This document shows positions 1-12,042 of a stretch of 32,000 nt of DNA, in pieces; the stretch's first letter is position 1; every line of letters starts with the position of its first letter. This stretch comes from Aureibacillus halotolerans. Its GTDB lineage: Bacteria; Bacillota; Bacilli; Bacillales; DSM-28697. A program made the position numbers and the translations under genes. The DNA is taken from contig NZ_SNYJ01000026.1 of assembly GCF_004363045.1 (NCBI RefSeq), positions 4,846 through 36,845 of the forward strand, in the 5' to 3' direction. The notes under the pieces were generated by a model that was given only the letters and a program-made list of their open reading frames with translations, had not been told where the DNA came from and did not search any database.

Positions 1-441
1 GCTTTAAAGCTTGCAGAAGCCTTGCCATTGGTCGGCACACTCGCTGTGGAGATGTTCCTCACACAGGACGACGAGTTGTATGTCAATGAGCTTGCTCCAC
101 GTCCGCATAATTCTGGACACTATACAATTGAAGGCTGTGAAACGTCGCAGTTTGAGCAGCATGTGCGTGCAGTATGTGGCTGGCCTTTAGGCGCAACGAC
201 CCTGAGGCAACCAAGTGTGATGGTGAATATTCTTGGGGAGCACCTCCCAGCCGTATTGAATCAGGTCGACTCCTTTGGCCCGCATACCCATCTTCATCTT
301 TACGGAAAGAAAGAAGCTCGTCCTTTAAGAAAAATGGGGCATCTTACGGTGACCGCTCCAAGCGTGCAAGAGGCAGAAGCAGAAGCGTCAGAGCTTGACG
401 CATTACTTTATGGAAAAGACAATAGGGGGATTCATTCATGA
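1..441 (+). CDS. purK: N5-carboxyaminoimidazole ribonucleotide synthase PurK, C-terminal part (5' end outside window)
   Basis: Frame 1 is open from base 1. The translation ...[35 protein letters not shown]... reads as the conserved PurK ATP-grasp C-terminus. Stop TGA 439-441 overlaps the purB ATG (ATGA). Confidence 0.85.
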   Translation, partial: ALKLAEALPLVGTLAVEMFLTQDDELYVNELAPRPHNSGHYTIEGCETSQFEQHVRAVCGWPLGATTLRQPSVMVNILGEHLPAVLNQVDSFGPHTHLHLYGKKEARPLRKMGHLTVTAPSVQEAEAEASELDALLYGKDNRGIHS

Positions 442-1733
442 TAGAACGTTACAGCCGTCCTGAAATGGCAGCGATTTGGACAGAAGAAAACAAATTCAAT
501 GCGTGGCTAGAAGTAGAGATCCTAGCTTGTGAAGCATGGTCTGAGCTTGGTCATATCCCTGTTGCCGATGTAAAGCTACTGAGAGAAAATGCGTCGTTTG
601 ATATGGAACGTATTTACGCCATCGAGGAAGAGACACGCCACGATGTCGTAGCATTCACAAGAGCCGTGTCGGAAACACTTGGCGAAGAGAAGAAATGGGT
701 GCATTACGGGTTAACGAGCACAGACGTTGTCGATACGGCGTTGTCTTCTTTGCTCAGACAAGCAAACAATATTTTGCGCAAGGACCTCCGCACTTTTGTT
801 GACGTCATTGGTGAAAAAGCAAAAGAACATAAACATACCGTAATGATGGGACGGACACATGGTGTTCATGCGGAGCCAACAACGTTCGGTTTAAAGCTTG
901 CTCTCTGGTATGAGGAAATGAAGCGTAACCTGGATCGTTTTGAACGTGCGGCGGATGGCGTGCAATTTGGAAAGCTTTCCGGAGCTGTTGGGACGTATGC
1001 GAACATCGATCCGTTCGTTGAACAGTACGTCTGTGAGAAACTTGGTCTTTCTCCAGCGCCTGTATCGACACAAACACTCCAGCGTGACCGTCACGCCGAT
1101 TACATGGCGACGCTTGCACTTATTGCAACGTCGATAGAAAAGTTTGCGGTTGAAGTGCGTAGCTTGCAAAAAACGGAAACGCGTGAGGTTGAAGAGTTTT
1201 TCGCTAAAGGACAAAAGGGTTCATCAGCGATGCCGCACAAGCGCAACCCGATTGGCTCTGAAAACATGACAGGGATGGCACGGGTGATTCGCGGCTACAT
1301 GATGACGGCCTATGAAAATGTTCCACTTTGGCATGAACGCGACATCTCTCATTCATCTGCGGAGCGTGTCATCTTGCCAGATGCAACGATTGCGTTGAAC
1401 TACATGCTTCACCGTTTCACAAATATCGTCAAAAACTTGACTGTGTTCCCTGAAAATATGAAAACGAATATGGAAAAAACCTTTGGCCTTATTTTCTCTC
1501 AGCGCGTGCTTTTAACGTTAATCAACAAAGGCATGGTTCGAGAAGAAGCCTATGATTTGGTTCAGCCGAAAGCGATGGAATCATGGGAAACAAAGGTGCC
1601 TTTCCGTCAACTGGTTGAAAACGATCCAGCAATTGCCGACAAGCTAACAGAAGAAGAGCTTGAAGAATGCTTTGATTATACATTCCACCTGAAAAACGTC
1701 GACACGATTTTCGAACGTGTGGGGCTAGCGTAA
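438..1733 (+). CDS. purB: Adenylosuccinate lyase
   Basis: 431 aa starting [20 protein letters not shown], with the fumarate-lyase signature [21 protein letters not shown] lies 7 nt upstream. Position after purK matches the Bacillus pur operon. Confidence 0.97.
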   Translation: MIERYSRPEMAAIWTEENKFNAWLEVEILACEAWSELGHIPVADVKLLRENASFDMERIYAIEEETRHDVVAFTRAVSETLGEEKKWVHYGLTSTDVVDTALSSLLRQANNILRKDLRTFVDVIGEKAKEHKHTVMMGRTHGVHAEPTTFGLKLALWYEEMKRNLDRFERAADGVQFGKLSGAVGTYANIDPFVEQYVCEKLGLSPAPVSTQTLQRDRHADYMATLALIATSIEKFAVEVRSLQKTETREVEEFFAKGQKGSSAMPHKRNPIGSENMTGMARVIRGYMMTAYENVPLWHERDISHSSAERVILPDATIALNYMLHRFTNIVKNLTVFPENMKTNMEKTFGLIFSQRVLLTLINKGMVREEAYDLVQPKAMESWETKVPFRQLVENDPAIADKLTEEELEECFDYTFHLKNVDTIFERVGLA

Positions 1734-1771
1734 CATCACAGGAAATTAACCGAAGCGAGGGGATTGGAACG

Positions 1772-2509
1772 ATGGCAGAGGGACAATTGTTATATGAAGG
1801 CAAAGCGAAACGAATCTATGAAACAACAACTTCAGGTGTCTTGCTTGTGGAGTACAAGGATGAAGCAACTGCCTTTAATGGCAAGAAAAAAGAAACGATC
1901 GCTGGCAAAGGTGTCTTAAACAATGACATTTCAGCGATGATTTTTCAGGCGCTTTCACTGGCTGGTGTGGAAAGTCATTTCGTTGAAAAGGTGTCTGAGC
2001 GGTCTCAAAAGGTGAAGCATGTCGAGATTGTTCCTCTTGAGGTTGTCGTTCGGAATGTGACAGCAGGAAGCTTAGCCAAACGTCTTGGCTTAAACGAAGG
2101 CGAGCCAATCGAACCAGCTATCGTTGAATTTTATTATAAGGATGACGAGCTTGATGACCCGCTCATCACTGAAGAACATGTCCGTCTCTTGCGGATTGCA
2201 AGACCTGACGAGCTGAAAACGATGAAGGAAGCCGCTCTAAAGGTGAATGAGGAGCTTACGTCATTGTTTGCAGACTGTGGCATTCGTCTTATCGATTTTA
2301 AGCTTGAATTTGGCCGTACAGCGGATGGGTCCATCTTGCTTGCAGACGAGGTTTCCCCAGATACATGTAGACTATGGGACAAGGATACAAATGAACGCTT
2401 GGACAAGGATGTTTTTCGCAGAGATTTAGGAGCACTTACAACAGCTTATGAAGAAATTGCAACACGTCTTCGCCAAAAATTGACAGCCTCCGGAGGGGAA
2501 CTGAGCTAA
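1772..2509 (+). CDS. purC: Phosphoribosylaminoimidazole-succinocarboxamide (SAICAR) synthase
   Basis: 245 aa with LLYEGKAKRIYETT... and LADEVSPDTCRLWD, both typical PurC motifs. A 38-nt gap after purB carries a GAGGGG RBS. Confidence 0.97.
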   Translation: MAEGQLLYEGKAKRIYETTTSGVLLVEYKDEATAFNGKKKETIAGKGVLNNDISAMIFQALSLAGVESHFVEKVSERSQKVKHVEIVPLEVVVRNVTAGSLAKRLGLNEGEPIEPAIVEFYYKDDELDDPLITEEHVRLLRIARPDELKTMKEAALKVNEELTSLFADCGIRLIDFKLEFGRTADGSILLADEVSPDTCRLWDKDTNERLDKDVFRRDLGALTTAYEEIATRLRQKLTASGGELS

Positions 2510-2754
2510 TGACGAAAGCAAAAATTTACGTAACGTTGAAGGAAAGTGTTTTGGATCCACAAGGGCAAGCGGTGCAAAACGCATTGCACAGCATGAGCTA
2601 CACATCTGTTCAAGAGGTTCGCGTTGGGAAGTACATGGAGGTCACCCTCGATGAACAGGGAGACGCTGCGCATGAGAAGATTAAACAAATGTGCGACAAA
2701 CTTCTCGCCAATCCGGTCATTGAGAACTATGAATATGAACTTGAGGAGGCGTGA
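2509..2754 (+). CDS. purS: FGAM synthase subunit PurS
   Basis: 81 aa, [31 protein letters not shown]..., near-identical in pattern to B. subtilis PurS. The ATG overlaps the purC stop (TAATG). Confidence 0.95.
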   Translation: MTKAKIYVTLKESVLDPQGQAVQNALHSMSYTSVQEVRVGKYMEVTLDEQGDAAHEKIKQMCDKLLANPVIENYEYELEEA

Positions 2755-2759
2755 GCGCT

Positions 2760-3443
2760 GTGAAATTTGCGGTGATCGTTTTTCCTGGTTCGAACTGTGA
2801 TGTTGATATGTTTTCTGCGGTGAAGGATGAGCTTGGTGAAGATGCAGTCTATGTTCAGCATACTGATACCAGTCTAGATGGCTTTGATGCGGTGCTTTTG
2901 CCAGGTGGCTTCTCTTACGGGGATTATCTCCGTTCAGGCGCCATTGCGCGTTTTTCTCCAATTATGCCCGCTGTCGTCAAGGCAGCGAATGCAGGAAAAC
3001 CAGTGTTAGGTGTATGTAATGGGTTTCAAGTATTGCTTGAAGCGGGGTTGCTTCCCGGGGCGATGCGTCGAAATGAACGCTTAAAGTTCATTTGCAAGCC
3101 AGTCACTCTTCAGGTGAACAATGCTGAAACAATGTTTACCTCTGGTTATGCACAAAATCAGGAAATCACCATTCCTGTGGCACATGGAGAAGGAAACTAT
3201 TTTTGTGATGAAGACACGTTGCAAGAGCTACAAAGCGAAAATCGGATTGTGTTTACTTATAGTGACAACCCGAACGGATCGTTGGAGAACATTGCTGGCA
3301 TTACAAACAAAGCAGGCAACGTGCTCGGAATGATGCCTCACCCTGAAAGAGCCGTACACACCCTATTAGGTAGTGAAGACGGACTCGTTATGTTTCAATC
3401 CATTCTAAACTATTGGAGGAAACACCATGCGCTTACAACTTGA
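2760..3443 (+). CDS. purQ: FGAM synthase glutaminase subunit PurQ
   Basis: Class I amidotransferase with GVCNGFQ (catalytic Cys) and MPHPER. I prefer GTG 2760, which gives [14 protein letters not shown] as in B. subtilis PurQ (227 aa) and places GAGGAGG 9 nt upstream. The track start GTG 2751 has no spacer to that RBS. Confidence 0.93.
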   Translation: MKFAVIVFPGSNCDVDMFSAVKDELGEDAVYVQHTDTSLDGFDAVLLPGGFSYGDYLRSGAIARFSPIMPAVVKAANAGKPVLGVCNGFQVLLEAGLLPGAMRRNERLKFICKPVTLQVNNAETMFTSGYAQNQEITIPVAHGEGNYFCDEDTLQELQSENRIVFTYSDNPNGSLENIAGITNKAGNVLGMMPHPERAVHTLLGSEDGLVMFQSILNYWRKHHALTT

Positions 3444-5649
3444 ACCTTCTGCGGAGACGATTTCTGAAGAGCGAATTTATAAAGAGATGGGCTTGACGGA
3501 CGAAGAATTTTCATCCGTTTGTGAACTTCTCGGCCGCCAACCAAACTATACCGAAACCGGCTTGTTTTCAGTCATGTGGTCTGAGCATTGCAGTTATAAA
3601 AATTCCAAGCCTATCCTGAAAAAATTCCCTGTTGATGGTCCACACGTGCTTCAAGGACCAGGCGAAGGTGCTGGAATTATCGATATCGGTGATGAGCAGG
3701 CCGTTGTGTTTAAAATCGAAAGCCATAATCACCCCTCAGCTATTGAGCCGTACCAAGGCGCTGCGACTGGTGTTGGCGGTATTATCCGTGACGTGTTTTC
3801 CATGGGTGCTCGCCCTGTAGCGATCTTAAACTCGCTTCGTTTTGGGGAACTATCCAATAACCCCCGTGTGCAATACCTTTTTGAAGAAGTGGTTGCTGGC
3901 ATCGCGGGTTATGGCAACTGTATCGGCATTCCGACCGTTGGTGGGGAAATCCAGTTTGACCCGTGTTACGAAGGGAATCCTCTTGTGAATGCGATGTGTG
4001 TAGGTCTCATTGATCATAAGGATATTCAAAAGGGCAGAGCGAGTGGCATCGGCAATACAGTCATGTACGTAGGTGCTGCGACAGGACGCGATGGCATCCA
4101 CGGAGCAACATTCGCATCAGAAGAGCTAACAGAAGCCTCGGATGAAAAACGCCCAGCCGTTCAGGTAGGCGACCCGTTTATGGAAAAGCTATTGCTAGAG
4201 GCGTGCTTGGAAGTTGTTCATTCAGATGCGCTCGTTGGTATTCAGGACATGGGAGCAGCGGGTCTTACGTCGTCTGCGAGTGAAATGGCGAGCAAGGCAG
4301 GCACAGGGATTGAGATGAACCTTGACCTCGTGCCCCAACGTGAAACCCATATGACGGCTTATGAAATGATGCTTTCTGAATCACAAGAGCGTATGTTGCT
4401 CGTCGTTACAAAGGGTCGAGAGCAAGAAATCGCTGATTTGTTCGCTAAATATGATTTGCATGCCGTTTCAGTAGGTACCGTCATTGAAGAACCACGGTTT
4501 CGCTTGATTCATCAGAACCAAGTCGTTGCTGATGTACCAGTGGATGCCCTTGCAGAGGACGCTCCTGTCTATCACAAGCCTTCTCGTGAGCCGGAAAGCT
4601 ATCAGCACAATCAGGCATTGCCAGTTTGGACGCCGGAAATTACAGATGTGAAAGAAACGCTCACGGCTCTTCTTTCGCAGCCAACAATTGCGAGCAAAGA
4701 GTGGGTGTATGAGCAATACGATTATATGGTGCGGACAAACACAGTTGTTGCCCCAGGCTCTGATGCTGCCGTCATTCGCGTGCGCGGTACGGACAAGGCG
4801 CTGGCGATGACAACGGACTGCAATTCACGTTATTTGCATTTAGACCCGAAAGTAGGCGGACAAATTGCTGTCGCAGAAGCGGCACGTAACATTGTTTGCT
4901 CTGGCGGTCAGCCGTTAGGAATCACAGATTGCTTAAACTTCGGAAACCCTGAAAAGCCGGAGATCTTCTGGCAAATCGAACAAGCCGCAGACGGCATGAC
5001 GGACAGCTGTAATGTACTTGGTACACCGGTCATTGGCGGAAATGTTTCCTTGTACAACGAAACGAGTGGCGGTGCCGTGTATCCGACCCCTGTTGTCGGT
5101 ATGGTGGGCCTAATCGAGCATACAGACCATATTACGACGCAAACGTTTAAACAGGCGGGTGACAGCATTTACGTCATTGGAGAAACCACGAATGAATTTG
5201 GTGGCAGTGAGATTCAGAAGTTACTTGAAGGCACGATTTCAGGTAAATCACCTGCGCTTGATTTGACTGTCGAAAAAGAACGCCAGCAGCAGCTTCTTCG
5301 TGCGATCCAGTCTGGTTTGATTGCCTCTGCGCATGACGTTGCAGAAGGTGGATTAGGCGTTGCTCTTGCAGAGTCCCTGTTCGGTACAGAACTTGGAGCA
5401 AACATCGCCATTGACCTTCCAGAAGCATTGCTTTTCTCTGAAACACAATCTCGCTTTCTCGTCTCTGTTCCACAAGCACACAAGGCGGCTTTTGAAGCGG
5501 CTGTGACGGATGTTGTGCATCTTGGCGAAACGATTCCGCAGCCTGAACTTCGCATTAAGTTGCCTGAAGTGAACGTTGCTATGCCTGTTGCCGAACTAGA
5601 AGACGCTTGGAAAGGAGCGATTCCATGCTTGGTGAAATCAAAGGCTTAA
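3427..5649 (+). CDS. purL: FGAM synthase large subunit PurL
   Basis: 740 aa, ...[19 protein letters not shown]... [19 protein letters not shown]..., characteristic of PurL. RBS TGGAGGA is present. Overlaps the purQ 3' end by 17 nt. Confidence 0.97.
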   Translation: MRLQLEPSAETISEERIYKEMGLTDEEFSSVCELLGRQPNYTETGLFSVMWSEHCSYKNSKPILKKFPVDGPHVLQGPGEGAGIIDIGDEQAVVFKIESHNHPSAIEPYQGAATGVGGIIRDVFSMGARPVAILNSLRFGELSNNPRVQYLFEEVVAGIAGYGNCIGIPTVGGEIQFDPCYEGNPLVNAMCVGLIDHKDIQKGRASGIGNTVMYVGAATGRDGIHGATFASEELTEASDEKRPAVQVGDPFMEKLLLEACLEVVHSDALVGIQDMGAAGLTSSASEMASKAGTGIEMNLDLVPQRETHMTAYEMMLSESQERMLLVVTKGREQEIADLFAKYDLHAVSVGTVIEEPRFRLIHQNQVVADVPVDALAEDAPVYHKPSREPESYQHNQALPVWTPEITDVKETLTALLSQPTIASKEWVYEQYDYMVRTNTVVAPGSDAAVIRVRGTDKALAMTTDCNSRYLHLDPKVGGQIAVAEAARNIVCSGGQPLGITDCLNFGNPEKPEIFWQIEQAADGMTDSCNVLGTPVIGGNVSLYNETSGGAVYPTPVVGMVGLIEHTDHITTQTFKQAGDSIYVIGETTNEFGGSEIQKLLEGTISGKSPALDLTVEKERQQQLLRAIQSGLIASAHDVAEGGLGVALAESLFGTELGANIAIDLPEALLFSETQSRFLVSVPQAHKAAFEAAVTDVVHLGETIPQPELRIKLPEVNVAMPVAELEDAWKGAIPCLVKSKA

Positions 5650-7034
5650 ACGAAGAATGTGGCATTTTTGGTGTTTGGGGACATCCAGACGCTGCGCAAA
5701 TGACGTATTACGGCTTGCACAGCTTGCAACACCGTGGCCAAGAGGGCGCTGGCATCGTTGTCACAGACGGTGAAGAATTAAAACATTCCAAAGGGCTTGG
5801 TCTCGTGACGGAAGTGTTTCAGCAAGATGAGCTTGATCGTCTAAAAGGCCATGGCGCTGTTGGTCATTGTCGTTATTCGACAGCAGGAGGCGGCGGGTAC
5901 GAAAACGTGCAGCCCCTTTTGTTCCGTTCCCAAAGAGGCGGTCTTGCTCTAGCGCATAACGGCAATCTTGTGAACGCAAACGCGCTTAAGCATCAGCTTG
6001 AAGCACAGGGTAGCATTTTTCAAACGACCTCTGATACAGAGGTGCTGGCCCATTTGATTCGCCGCGGCGGTCATCTTGAGTTGGCAGATCAGGTGAAAAA
6101 TGCGCTCACAATGCTTAAGGGAGCCTACGCGTTTATTATTATGACTGAGAATAAAATGCTTGTGGCCCTTGATCCAAACGGACTGCGCCCGTTGGCGATT
6201 GGTCGTTTTGAAGATGCTTATGTCATCGCGTCTGAAACATGTGCCTTTGACGTGGTCGGCGCTGAATATGAGCGCGACGTGCAACCAGGTGAGCTTTTGA
6301 TCATTGATGATACTGGCATTGAAGTCCAACGTTTTGCCTCTGCACAACGTTCGATTTGCTCGATGGAATACATTTATTTCTCACGTCCTGACAGCAACAT
6401 TGATGGCATTAACGTGCACTCTGCCAGAAAGCGTCTTGGAAAAGAGCTAGCGATGGAAGCCCCAGTAGAGGCGGATGTCGTTACAGGTGTGCCAGATTCA
6501 AGTATTTCCGCTGCGATTGGTTACGCAGAACGAGCGGAGTTGCCTTACGAGCTTGGATTAATCAAAAATCGCTACGTTGGGAGAACCTTTATCCAGCCGT
6601 CACAGGAGCTCCGTGAACGGGGCGTTAAAATGAAACTTTCGCCAGTACGGGGCATCGTTAACGGCAAGCGTGTCATCATGGTCGACGATTCCATCGTTCG
6701 CGGAACAACAAGTCGACGCATCGTGAACATGCTGCGCGAAGCAGGGGCGACAGAGGTGCATGTTCGCATTTCATCACCACCGATTCAGAACCCTTGCTTT
6801 TATGGCATTGACACGTCCACAAGATCGGAGTTGATCGCGGCGACGCATACCATTGAAGAAATTCGCAAGGAAATCGGAGCGGATACGCTGTCTTTCTTGT
6901 CACCTGAAGGTTTGGTCAAGGCGTTGGATCGCCCATTTTCAGGAGAGAAGCGCGGGCAATGCCTCGCCTGCTTCACGGGCGAGTACCCAACCGAAATCTA
7001 TGCAGATACGTTGCATCCGCACGAAAAAATATAG
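5625..7034 (+). CDS. purF: Amidophosphoribosyltransferase (glutamine PRPP amidotransferase)
   Basis: ATG 5625 has GAAAGGAG 7 nt upstream and gives [12 protein letters not shown]..., the 11-residue propeptide plus N-terminal Cys known for B. subtilis PurF. Candidate Fe-S ligand cysteines are present ([21 protein letters not shown]). The track start 5607 is a TTG extension without an RBS. Overlaps purL by 25 nt. Confidence 0.95.
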   Translation: MLGEIKGLNEECGIFGVWGHPDAAQMTYYGLHSLQHRGQEGAGIVVTDGEELKHSKGLGLVTEVFQQDELDRLKGHGAVGHCRYSTAGGGGYENVQPLLFRSQRGGLALAHNGNLVNANALKHQLEAQGSIFQTTSDTEVLAHLIRRGGHLELADQVKNALTMLKGAYAFIIMTENKMLVALDPNGLRPLAIGRFEDAYVIASETCAFDVVGAEYERDVQPGELLIIDDTGIEVQRFASAQRSICSMEYIYFSRPDSNIDGINVHSARKRLGKELAMEAPVEADVVTGVPDSSISAAIGYAERAELPYELGLIKNRYVGRTFIQPSQELRERGVKMKLSPVRGIVNGKRVIMVDDSIVRGTTSRRIVNMLREAGATEVHVRISSPPIQNPCFYGIDTSTRSELIAATHTIEEIRKEIGADTLSFLSPEGLVKALDRPFSGEKRGQCLACFTGEYPTEIYADTLHPHEKI

Positions 7035-7046
7035 GGGGGCGTTTCG

Positions 7047-8081
7047 ATGAGCAATGCATACAAATCAGCCGGTGTTGATGTGGAGGCAGGCTACGAATCA
7101 GTAGAGCGAATTAAGCAGCACGCCGCAAAAACGATGCGTCCAGAAGTCCTTGCAGGTCTTGGTGGCTTCGGCGGTTTATTCGATCTTAGCCAAAGCTCTT
7201 ACAAAGAGCCTGTTCTTGTTTCAGGAACAGATGGTGTAGGCACGAAACTCAAGCTGGCGTTTGATCTTGATCGTCACGATACGATTGGGATTGATGCTGT
7301 CGCAATGTGTGTGAATGACATCGTTGCTCAAGGCGCAGAGCCGCTCTTTTTCCTCGATTACATTGCTTGTGGAAAACAAGAGCCTGTGCGGATTGAAGCC
7401 ATCGTCAAAGGTGTTGCCGACGGCTGTCAGATGTCGGGCTGTGCGCTCATTGGTGGGGAAACAGCAGAAATGCCTGGAATGTACGATCCTGCGGAATATG
7501 ACATTGCTGGATTTGCTGTGGGCATTGCTGAAAAAAGCAAGCTAGTGACCGGAAACAGCATTCAGCCTGGACAGAAACTGATTGGCTTAGCGTCCTCAGG
7601 GGTGCATAGCAATGGATTTTCGCTCGTACGCAAACTGCTTACCGACAATGGCATTGGGTTATCCGACAAGATGGGCGATGCAGATTCAACCGTTGGCGAA
7701 ACGCTATTAACACCGACGAAGATCTATGCAAAGTCTGTCCTTGAGGTGTTGAAGCAAGTAAACGTGCACGGGATGGCCCATGTAACCGGCGGAGGTTTTT
7801 ATGAAAACCTTCCTCGAATGATGCCAGAAGGTGCCCAGGCTGTGATTCAGCATGGAAGCTGGGAAGTCCCACCTGTCTTTTCATGGCTTCAGCAAACAGG
7901 TGGCCTTAGCCAAGAGGACATGTTTGGCACATTCAATATGGGCATTGGGTTTGTTCTCGCTGTAGATGAAGAAGATGTCGCAGCGACGCTTGTTAAGCTT
8001 GAGGATGCAGGGGAAAAAGCGTACGTGATTGGTGACGTTGCAGCTGGGACAGGCATTTCCTTCCGAGGAGCAACATCATGA
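7047..8081 (+). CDS. purM: Phosphoribosylformylglycinamidine cyclo-ligase (AIR synthase)
   Basis: 344 aa with [12 protein letters not shown] and DYIACGK, both PurM motifs. RBS AGGGGGG is 7 nt upstream. 12-nt gap after purF. Confidence 0.97.
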   Translation: MSNAYKSAGVDVEAGYESVERIKQHAAKTMRPEVLAGLGGFGGLFDLSQSSYKEPVLVSGTDGVGTKLKLAFDLDRHDTIGIDAVAMCVNDIVAQGAEPLFFLDYIACGKQEPVRIEAIVKGVADGCQMSGCALIGGETAEMPGMYDPAEYDIAGFAVGIAEKSKLVTGNSIQPGQKLIGLASSGVHSNGFSLVRKLLTDNGIGLSDKMGDADSTVGETLLTPTKIYAKSVLEVLKQVNVHGMAHVTGGGFYENLPRMMPEGAQAVIQHGSWEVPPVFSWLQQTGGLSQEDMFGTFNMGIGFVLAVDEEDVAATLVKLEDAGEKAYVIGDVAAGTGISFRGATS

Positions 8082-8653
8082 GTCGGATCGCCATCTTTGC
8101 CTCTGGTACAGGCTCAAATTTTGACGCCATTAAAGCGGCCATTGACAGAAATGAGCTACAGGCAGAGATCGCACTTATTGTTTGCGACAAACCTGGTGCT
8201 AAAGTCGTTGAAAAGGCGGAAAATGCAGGCATCGACGTGTTTCAATTCACGCCAAAGACGTATGCTTCCAAGCAAGCCTTTGAAACAGAGATTGTGAAGG
8301 AGCTTCATGCGAAAGGCGTCAACCTTGTCGTGCTTGCCGGCTATATGCGTTTAGTAGGGGACACATTGCTTGCAGCTTACGGGGGCAAAATCGTCAATAT
8401 CCATCCGTCACTCCTTCCCGCGTTTCCGGGCAAGGACGCGATTGGTCAGGCCATTGAAGCAGGTGTAAAAGTAAGCGGTGTGACGATTCATTATGTCGAT
8501 GAAGGCATGGACACTGGTCCAATTATTGCTCAGGAAAGCATGAAGCTGTCGACGGATGACAGCTATGAAGAGGTACAACAGCGTATCCAGGCAATCGAGC
8601 ATTCATTGTATCCGAAAGTAATTGCAAACGTATTAAAGGAGGCAACAGCATGA
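8078..8653 (+). CDS. purN: Phosphoribosylglycinamide formyltransferase
   Basis: 191 aa with [24 protein letters not shown] and [13 protein letters not shown], all GART motifs. ATGA overlap with purM. Confidence 0.96.
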   Translation: MSRIAIFASGTGSNFDAIKAAIDRNELQAEIALIVCDKPGAKVVEKAENAGIDVFQFTPKTYASKQAFETEIVKELHAKGVNLVVLAGYMRLVGDTLLAAYGGKIVNIHPSLLPAFPGKDAIGQAIEAGVKVSGVTIHYVDEGMDTGPIIAQESMKLSTDDSYEEVQQRIQAIEHSLYPKVIANVLKEATA

Positions 8654-10188
8654 CGTACAAGCGTGCACTCATTAGTGTATCGGATAAAACCGGCATCGAG
8701 GATTTGGCAAAAGGGTTAACGCAGGCTGGCATTGAGATTATTTCGACAGGTGGCACGAAAACAGCCATTGAAAACGCGGGTATAGACGTGATCGGTATCT
8801 CTGACGTAACAAACTTTCCCGAAATGCTGGACGGTCGTGTGAAAACGCTGCACCCTGCCATTCACGGTGGGCTTTTGCATGTGCGAGCGAACGAGGACCA
8901 CCGGAAACAGATTAAGGAGCAGGGCATTGAGCCGATTGATCTCGTTATTGTAAACCTTTATCCGTTTAAAGAAACGATTCAAAAAGAAGGGGTTCAGTTC
9001 CAAGACGCGATTGAAAACATCGACATTGGCGGCCCTTCAATGATTCGTTCGGCTGCCAAAAACCATAACGATGTGGCGGTTGTTGTCGATCCAGCTGACT
9101 ACGAAGCGGTGATCACTGAGCTGAACAAGGATCAAGTTGTGAGCGAGGCGACGCGCCGAAAACTTGCGGCTAAAGCATTTCGACATACTGCCCAATACGA
9201 TACCATCATTTCAAGCTACCTAACTGCGCAGGTCGGTGAGGAGTACCCAGAAAGCATTTCGGTGACGTATGAGAAAAAGCAGTCGCTCCGTTACGGGGAA
9301 AACCCTCATCAAACTGCTGCTTTTTATGAAAGTGCGTTGCCTGTTTCAGACAGCATTGCTCAGGCGAAGCAATTAAACGGCAAGGAGCTTTCCTACAATA
9401 ATATTAACGATGCGAATGCCGCTCTCCAGCTGGCAAAGGAATTTGATGGACCTGCTGTGGTGGCTGTGAAGCATATGAATCCATGCGGCGTTGGTCTTGG
9501 AAAATCGGTTGATGAAGCGTATCAGAAAGCCTATGAAGCCGATCCAGTGTCCATTTTCGGAGGCATCATTGCTTTAAACGCCGAGGTTGGCAAAGAGACC
9601 GCATTGAAAATGAAAGAACTGTTTTTAGAAATGATTATTGCGCCAGGGTACACCGATGAAGCTCTCGAGGTTCTTACGCAAAAGAAAAACCTTCGCGTTC
9701 TGACGGTTCCATTCCATGGCCATTCGACGAGTGAAAAACGTGTGACCTCTGTTCATGGGGGCATGCTCATTCAAGAAGAGGACAGCAAGCAGGTAGTTCA
9801 GGATGACATGAAGGTCGTCACAAAGCGTGCACCAAACGAGCAGGAATGGCATGATCTGCAGCTCGTATGGAAGGTCGTCAAACATGTGAAATCCAACGCC
9901 ATCGTGCTCGTGAAGGACAACGCGACGGTTGGTGTCGGTGCGGGGCAAATGAATCGTGTAGGTGCCGCTAAAATTGCGATTGAACAGGCTGGTGAAAATG
10001 CGGTTGGATCAGCTCTAGGTTCTGACGCCTTTTTCCCAATGAAGGATACGGTTGAGGAAGCTGCGAAAGCGGGTATCACAGCCATTATTCAGCCAGGTGG
10101 ATCTATTCGTGATGAAGAATCGATCGAGGAAGCAGACAAGCACGGCATCGCCATGGTCTTCACTGGCGTTCGTCATTTTAAACACTAA
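8650..10188 (+). CDS. purH: Bifunctional AICAR transformylase / IMP cyclohydrolase
   Basis: 512 aa with [21 protein letters not shown] and a C-terminal [13 protein letters not shown] overlap with purN and RBS AAAGGAGG. Confidence 0.97.
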   Translation: MTYKRALISVSDKTGIEDLAKGLTQAGIEIISTGGTKTAIENAGIDVIGISDVTNFPEMLDGRVKTLHPAIHGGLLHVRANEDHRKQIKEQGIEPIDLVIVNLYPFKETIQKEGVQFQDAIENIDIGGPSMIRSAAKNHNDVAVVVDPADYEAVITELNKDQVVSEATRRKLAAKAFRHTAQYDTIISSYLTAQVGEEYPESISVTYEKKQSLRYGENPHQTAAFYESALPVSDSIAQAKQLNGKELSYNNINDANAALQLAKEFDGPAVVAVKHMNPCGVGLGKSVDEAYQKAYEADPVSIFGGIIALNAEVGKETALKMKELFLEMIIAPGYTDEALEVLTQKKNLRVLTVPFHGHSTSEKRVTSVHGGMLIQEEDSKQVVQDDMKVVTKRAPNEQEWHDLQLVWKVVKHVKSNAIVLVKDNATVGVGAGQMNRVGAAKIAIEQAGENAVGSALGSDAFFPMKDTVEEAAKAGITAIIQPGGSIRDEESIEEADKHGIAMVFTGVRHFKH

Positions 10189-10204
10189 GATGGAGGGAAA
10201 GCCA

Positions 10205-11494
10205 ATGAATGTGCTCGTCATCGGTCGAGGCGGAAGAGAGCATGCGATCTGTTACGCCTTTTCAAAAAGCCCGAGGGTGCAAACGGTGTTTGCAGCCCCT
10301 GGGAACGCTGGAATTGCCGCTCATGCTGAACTTGTGAGCATTGATGAATCGGATCAGGAAAAGCTGATTTCATTTGCGAAGGACAACGAGATTGAGTGGG
10401 TGTTTGTTGGTCCAGAGGTGCCCCTAATGGCGGGCATTGTGGATCGTTTTCAAGAAGCGGGCATCAAAGCGTTTGGTCCAGTAGAGAAGGCTGCCATTAT
10501 CGAAGGCAGCAAAGACTTTGCCAAGCAGCTGATGGCCTCCTATGGCATTCCAACGGCAGCCTCAAAAACGTTTACAGACTATGAAGAAGCGCAGACTTTT
10601 GTGAAGGCTCAGGGAGCACCAATCGTTTTGAAGGCAGATGGACTTGCCGCAGGGAAAGGCGTCATCGTTGCCATGACCGATTCGGAAGCAGAAGAGGGCT
10701 TGAAGGCGTTGATGCTTGACGGTCACGTTGGCACTGCCGGCACACAAGTCGTTGTCGAGGAATTTTTAGAGGGAGAAGAGTTCTCGCTCATGTCCTTTGT
10801 GAATGGCGACTACATCTTGCCAATGCCTATATCACAAGACCACAAGCGCGCTTTTGATGGCGATAAAGGACCAAACACAGGGGGCATGGGTGCTTATACA
10901 CCTGTTCCTCAAATCGCTGACGCCGAGGTGGAGAAAGCGATTGAAACGATAGTGAAGCCGGCAGCAAAGGCTATGCAAAAGGAAGGCCGCTCCTTTACCG
11001 GCATTTTATACGCTGGGTTGATCTTAACGAAGGAAGGTCCAAAGGTAATTGAATTCAATGCCCGTTTCGGTGACCCAGAAACACAAGTCATCTTGCCGCT
11101 GCTTGAAACGGACCTTGTGGATGTGCTTGAGCATGTGACTGCTCAGAAGCCACTGACCCTCTCATGGAAGAATGAAGCGGTTGTAGGTGTCGTGGTGGCT
11201 TCAGAAGGCTATCCAGGCACTTATGACAAAGGCGCATCGCTTCCTGGATTGGATAAAGTATCAGAGAACGCCCTCGTTTTCCACGCAGGGACGAAAGCCG
11301 AGGACGGAGAAATCGTCACCGATGGAGGGCGTGTCCTTCTTGCCGCCCAAACAGGCAATACCTTGCAGGAAGCAAAGGATAAAGCGTATAGCGCTCTGCG
11401 TCACTTAAAAAGCAACGATGTATTTTATCGTACGGACATCGGGGACAAGGCAATTACTGCCGCCGGCGTTTCTTCACATACACGAACGCAATAG
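10205..11494 (+). CDS. purD: Phosphoribosylamine-glycine ligase
   Basis: ATG 10205 gives MNVLVIGRGGREHAI..., the canonical PurD N-terminus, with GGAGGG 7 nt upstream. The track ORF start 10052 lies inside purH and is an in-frame artefact. ATP-grasp motifs are present (KADGLAAGKGV, EFNARFGDPE). Confidence 0.95.
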   Translation: MNVLVIGRGGREHAICYAFSKSPRVQTVFAAPGNAGIAAHAELVSIDESDQEKLISFAKDNEIEWVFVGPEVPLMAGIVDRFQEAGIKAFGPVEKAAIIEGSKDFAKQLMASYGIPTAASKTFTDYEEAQTFVKAQGAPIVLKADGLAAGKGVIVAMTDSEAEEGLKALMLDGHVGTAGTQVVVEEFLEGEEFSLMSFVNGDYILPMPISQDHKRAFDGDKGPNTGGMGAYTPVPQIADAEVEKAIETIVKPAAKAMQKEGRSFTGILYAGLILTKEGPKVIEFNARFGDPETQVILPLLETDLVDVLEHVTAQKPLTLSWKNEAVVGVVVASEGYPGTYDKGASLPGLDKVSENALVFHAGTKAEDGEIVTDGGRVLLAAQTGNTLQEAKDKAYSALRHLKSNDVFYRTDIGDKAITAAGVSSHTRTQ

Positions 11495-11561
11495 CAACGA
11501 GTGACCCGATAATGACCGCATACACAAAGATCATATCCGTGAAATGTTCCATAATATTCAT
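11454..11561 (-). CDS. Candidate 35-aa single-pass small membrane protein (MNIMEHFTDMIFVYAVIIGSLVAIAFVYVKKRRRQ), convergent with and overlapping the purD 3' end
   Basis: Found by hand because it is below the ORF-track size cutoff. ATG at 11561-11559 is preceded by AGGAGG (11575-11570) with an 8-nt spacer. It has a hydrophobic core followed by a KKRRRQ tail. A TTGTAT-18-TACATT sigmaA-like promoter lies upstream on the - strand (~11610-11640). Stop TAA at 11456-11454. Confidence 0.4.
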   Translation of the reverse strand: MNIMEHFTDMIFVYAVIIGSLVAIAFVYVKKRRRQ

Positions 11562-11654
11562 ACCATGTGCCTCCTTTCGTGTCCCTTAGGTTTGGGAGAT
11601 AAACCTGCAATGTATTGTTTGGGTTGCTTTTTATACAAGCTGCCATACGCTCGC

Positions 11655-11697
11655 TTTCACCCTAAAGGGCATAAGGGCAACATCGATTCGAAAGGAC
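11655..11697. repeat. Dispersed intergenic repeat, copy A (TTTCACCCTAAAGGGCATAAGGGCAACATCGA...)
   Basis: Aligns with 12157-12195 at about 28 of 32 positions with one indel. Both copies keep a small CCCT/AGGG hairpin. Confidence 0.55.
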
Positions 11698-12042
11698 CTC
11701 ATCGTGTTTTCTTTGCCAACTATCTTTAGAAAACAATGGATCGTCAACATTGACATTTTTATATTTATTGAATACAGCAGGCGTTGTTTTGAAGTGGTCA
11801 ATCGATCTTTCTAACCTTGCTTCTACTCAGGCACAGCTAGCGTTGAAGTTGATTTCGCACTGCGAAAGTTAGCTAAACATAAGTCCACCATTGCATCAAT
11901 ACTGTGCTAGGGAGTTTAATGAAACGATGCACTTACTTGCCGTGTTTGGAAAGCAGCACATCTTAACACGCTTTCTTACTCAATATACGAGACCAATAAA
12001 AATAATTTACGCAGAAACAAACCTCAGCGCAGGCAAAATACG

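Noticed and set aside
10052-10204. Long N-terminal extensions offered by the ORF track: purD from 10052, purF from 5607, gatA from 24297, gatC from 24026, yerB from 14469, purQ from 2751
   Set aside because: The extensions lie inside the preceding gene or lack an RBS. Internal starts have strong RBSs at correct spacing and reproduce the known N-termini of the B. subtilis orthologs.
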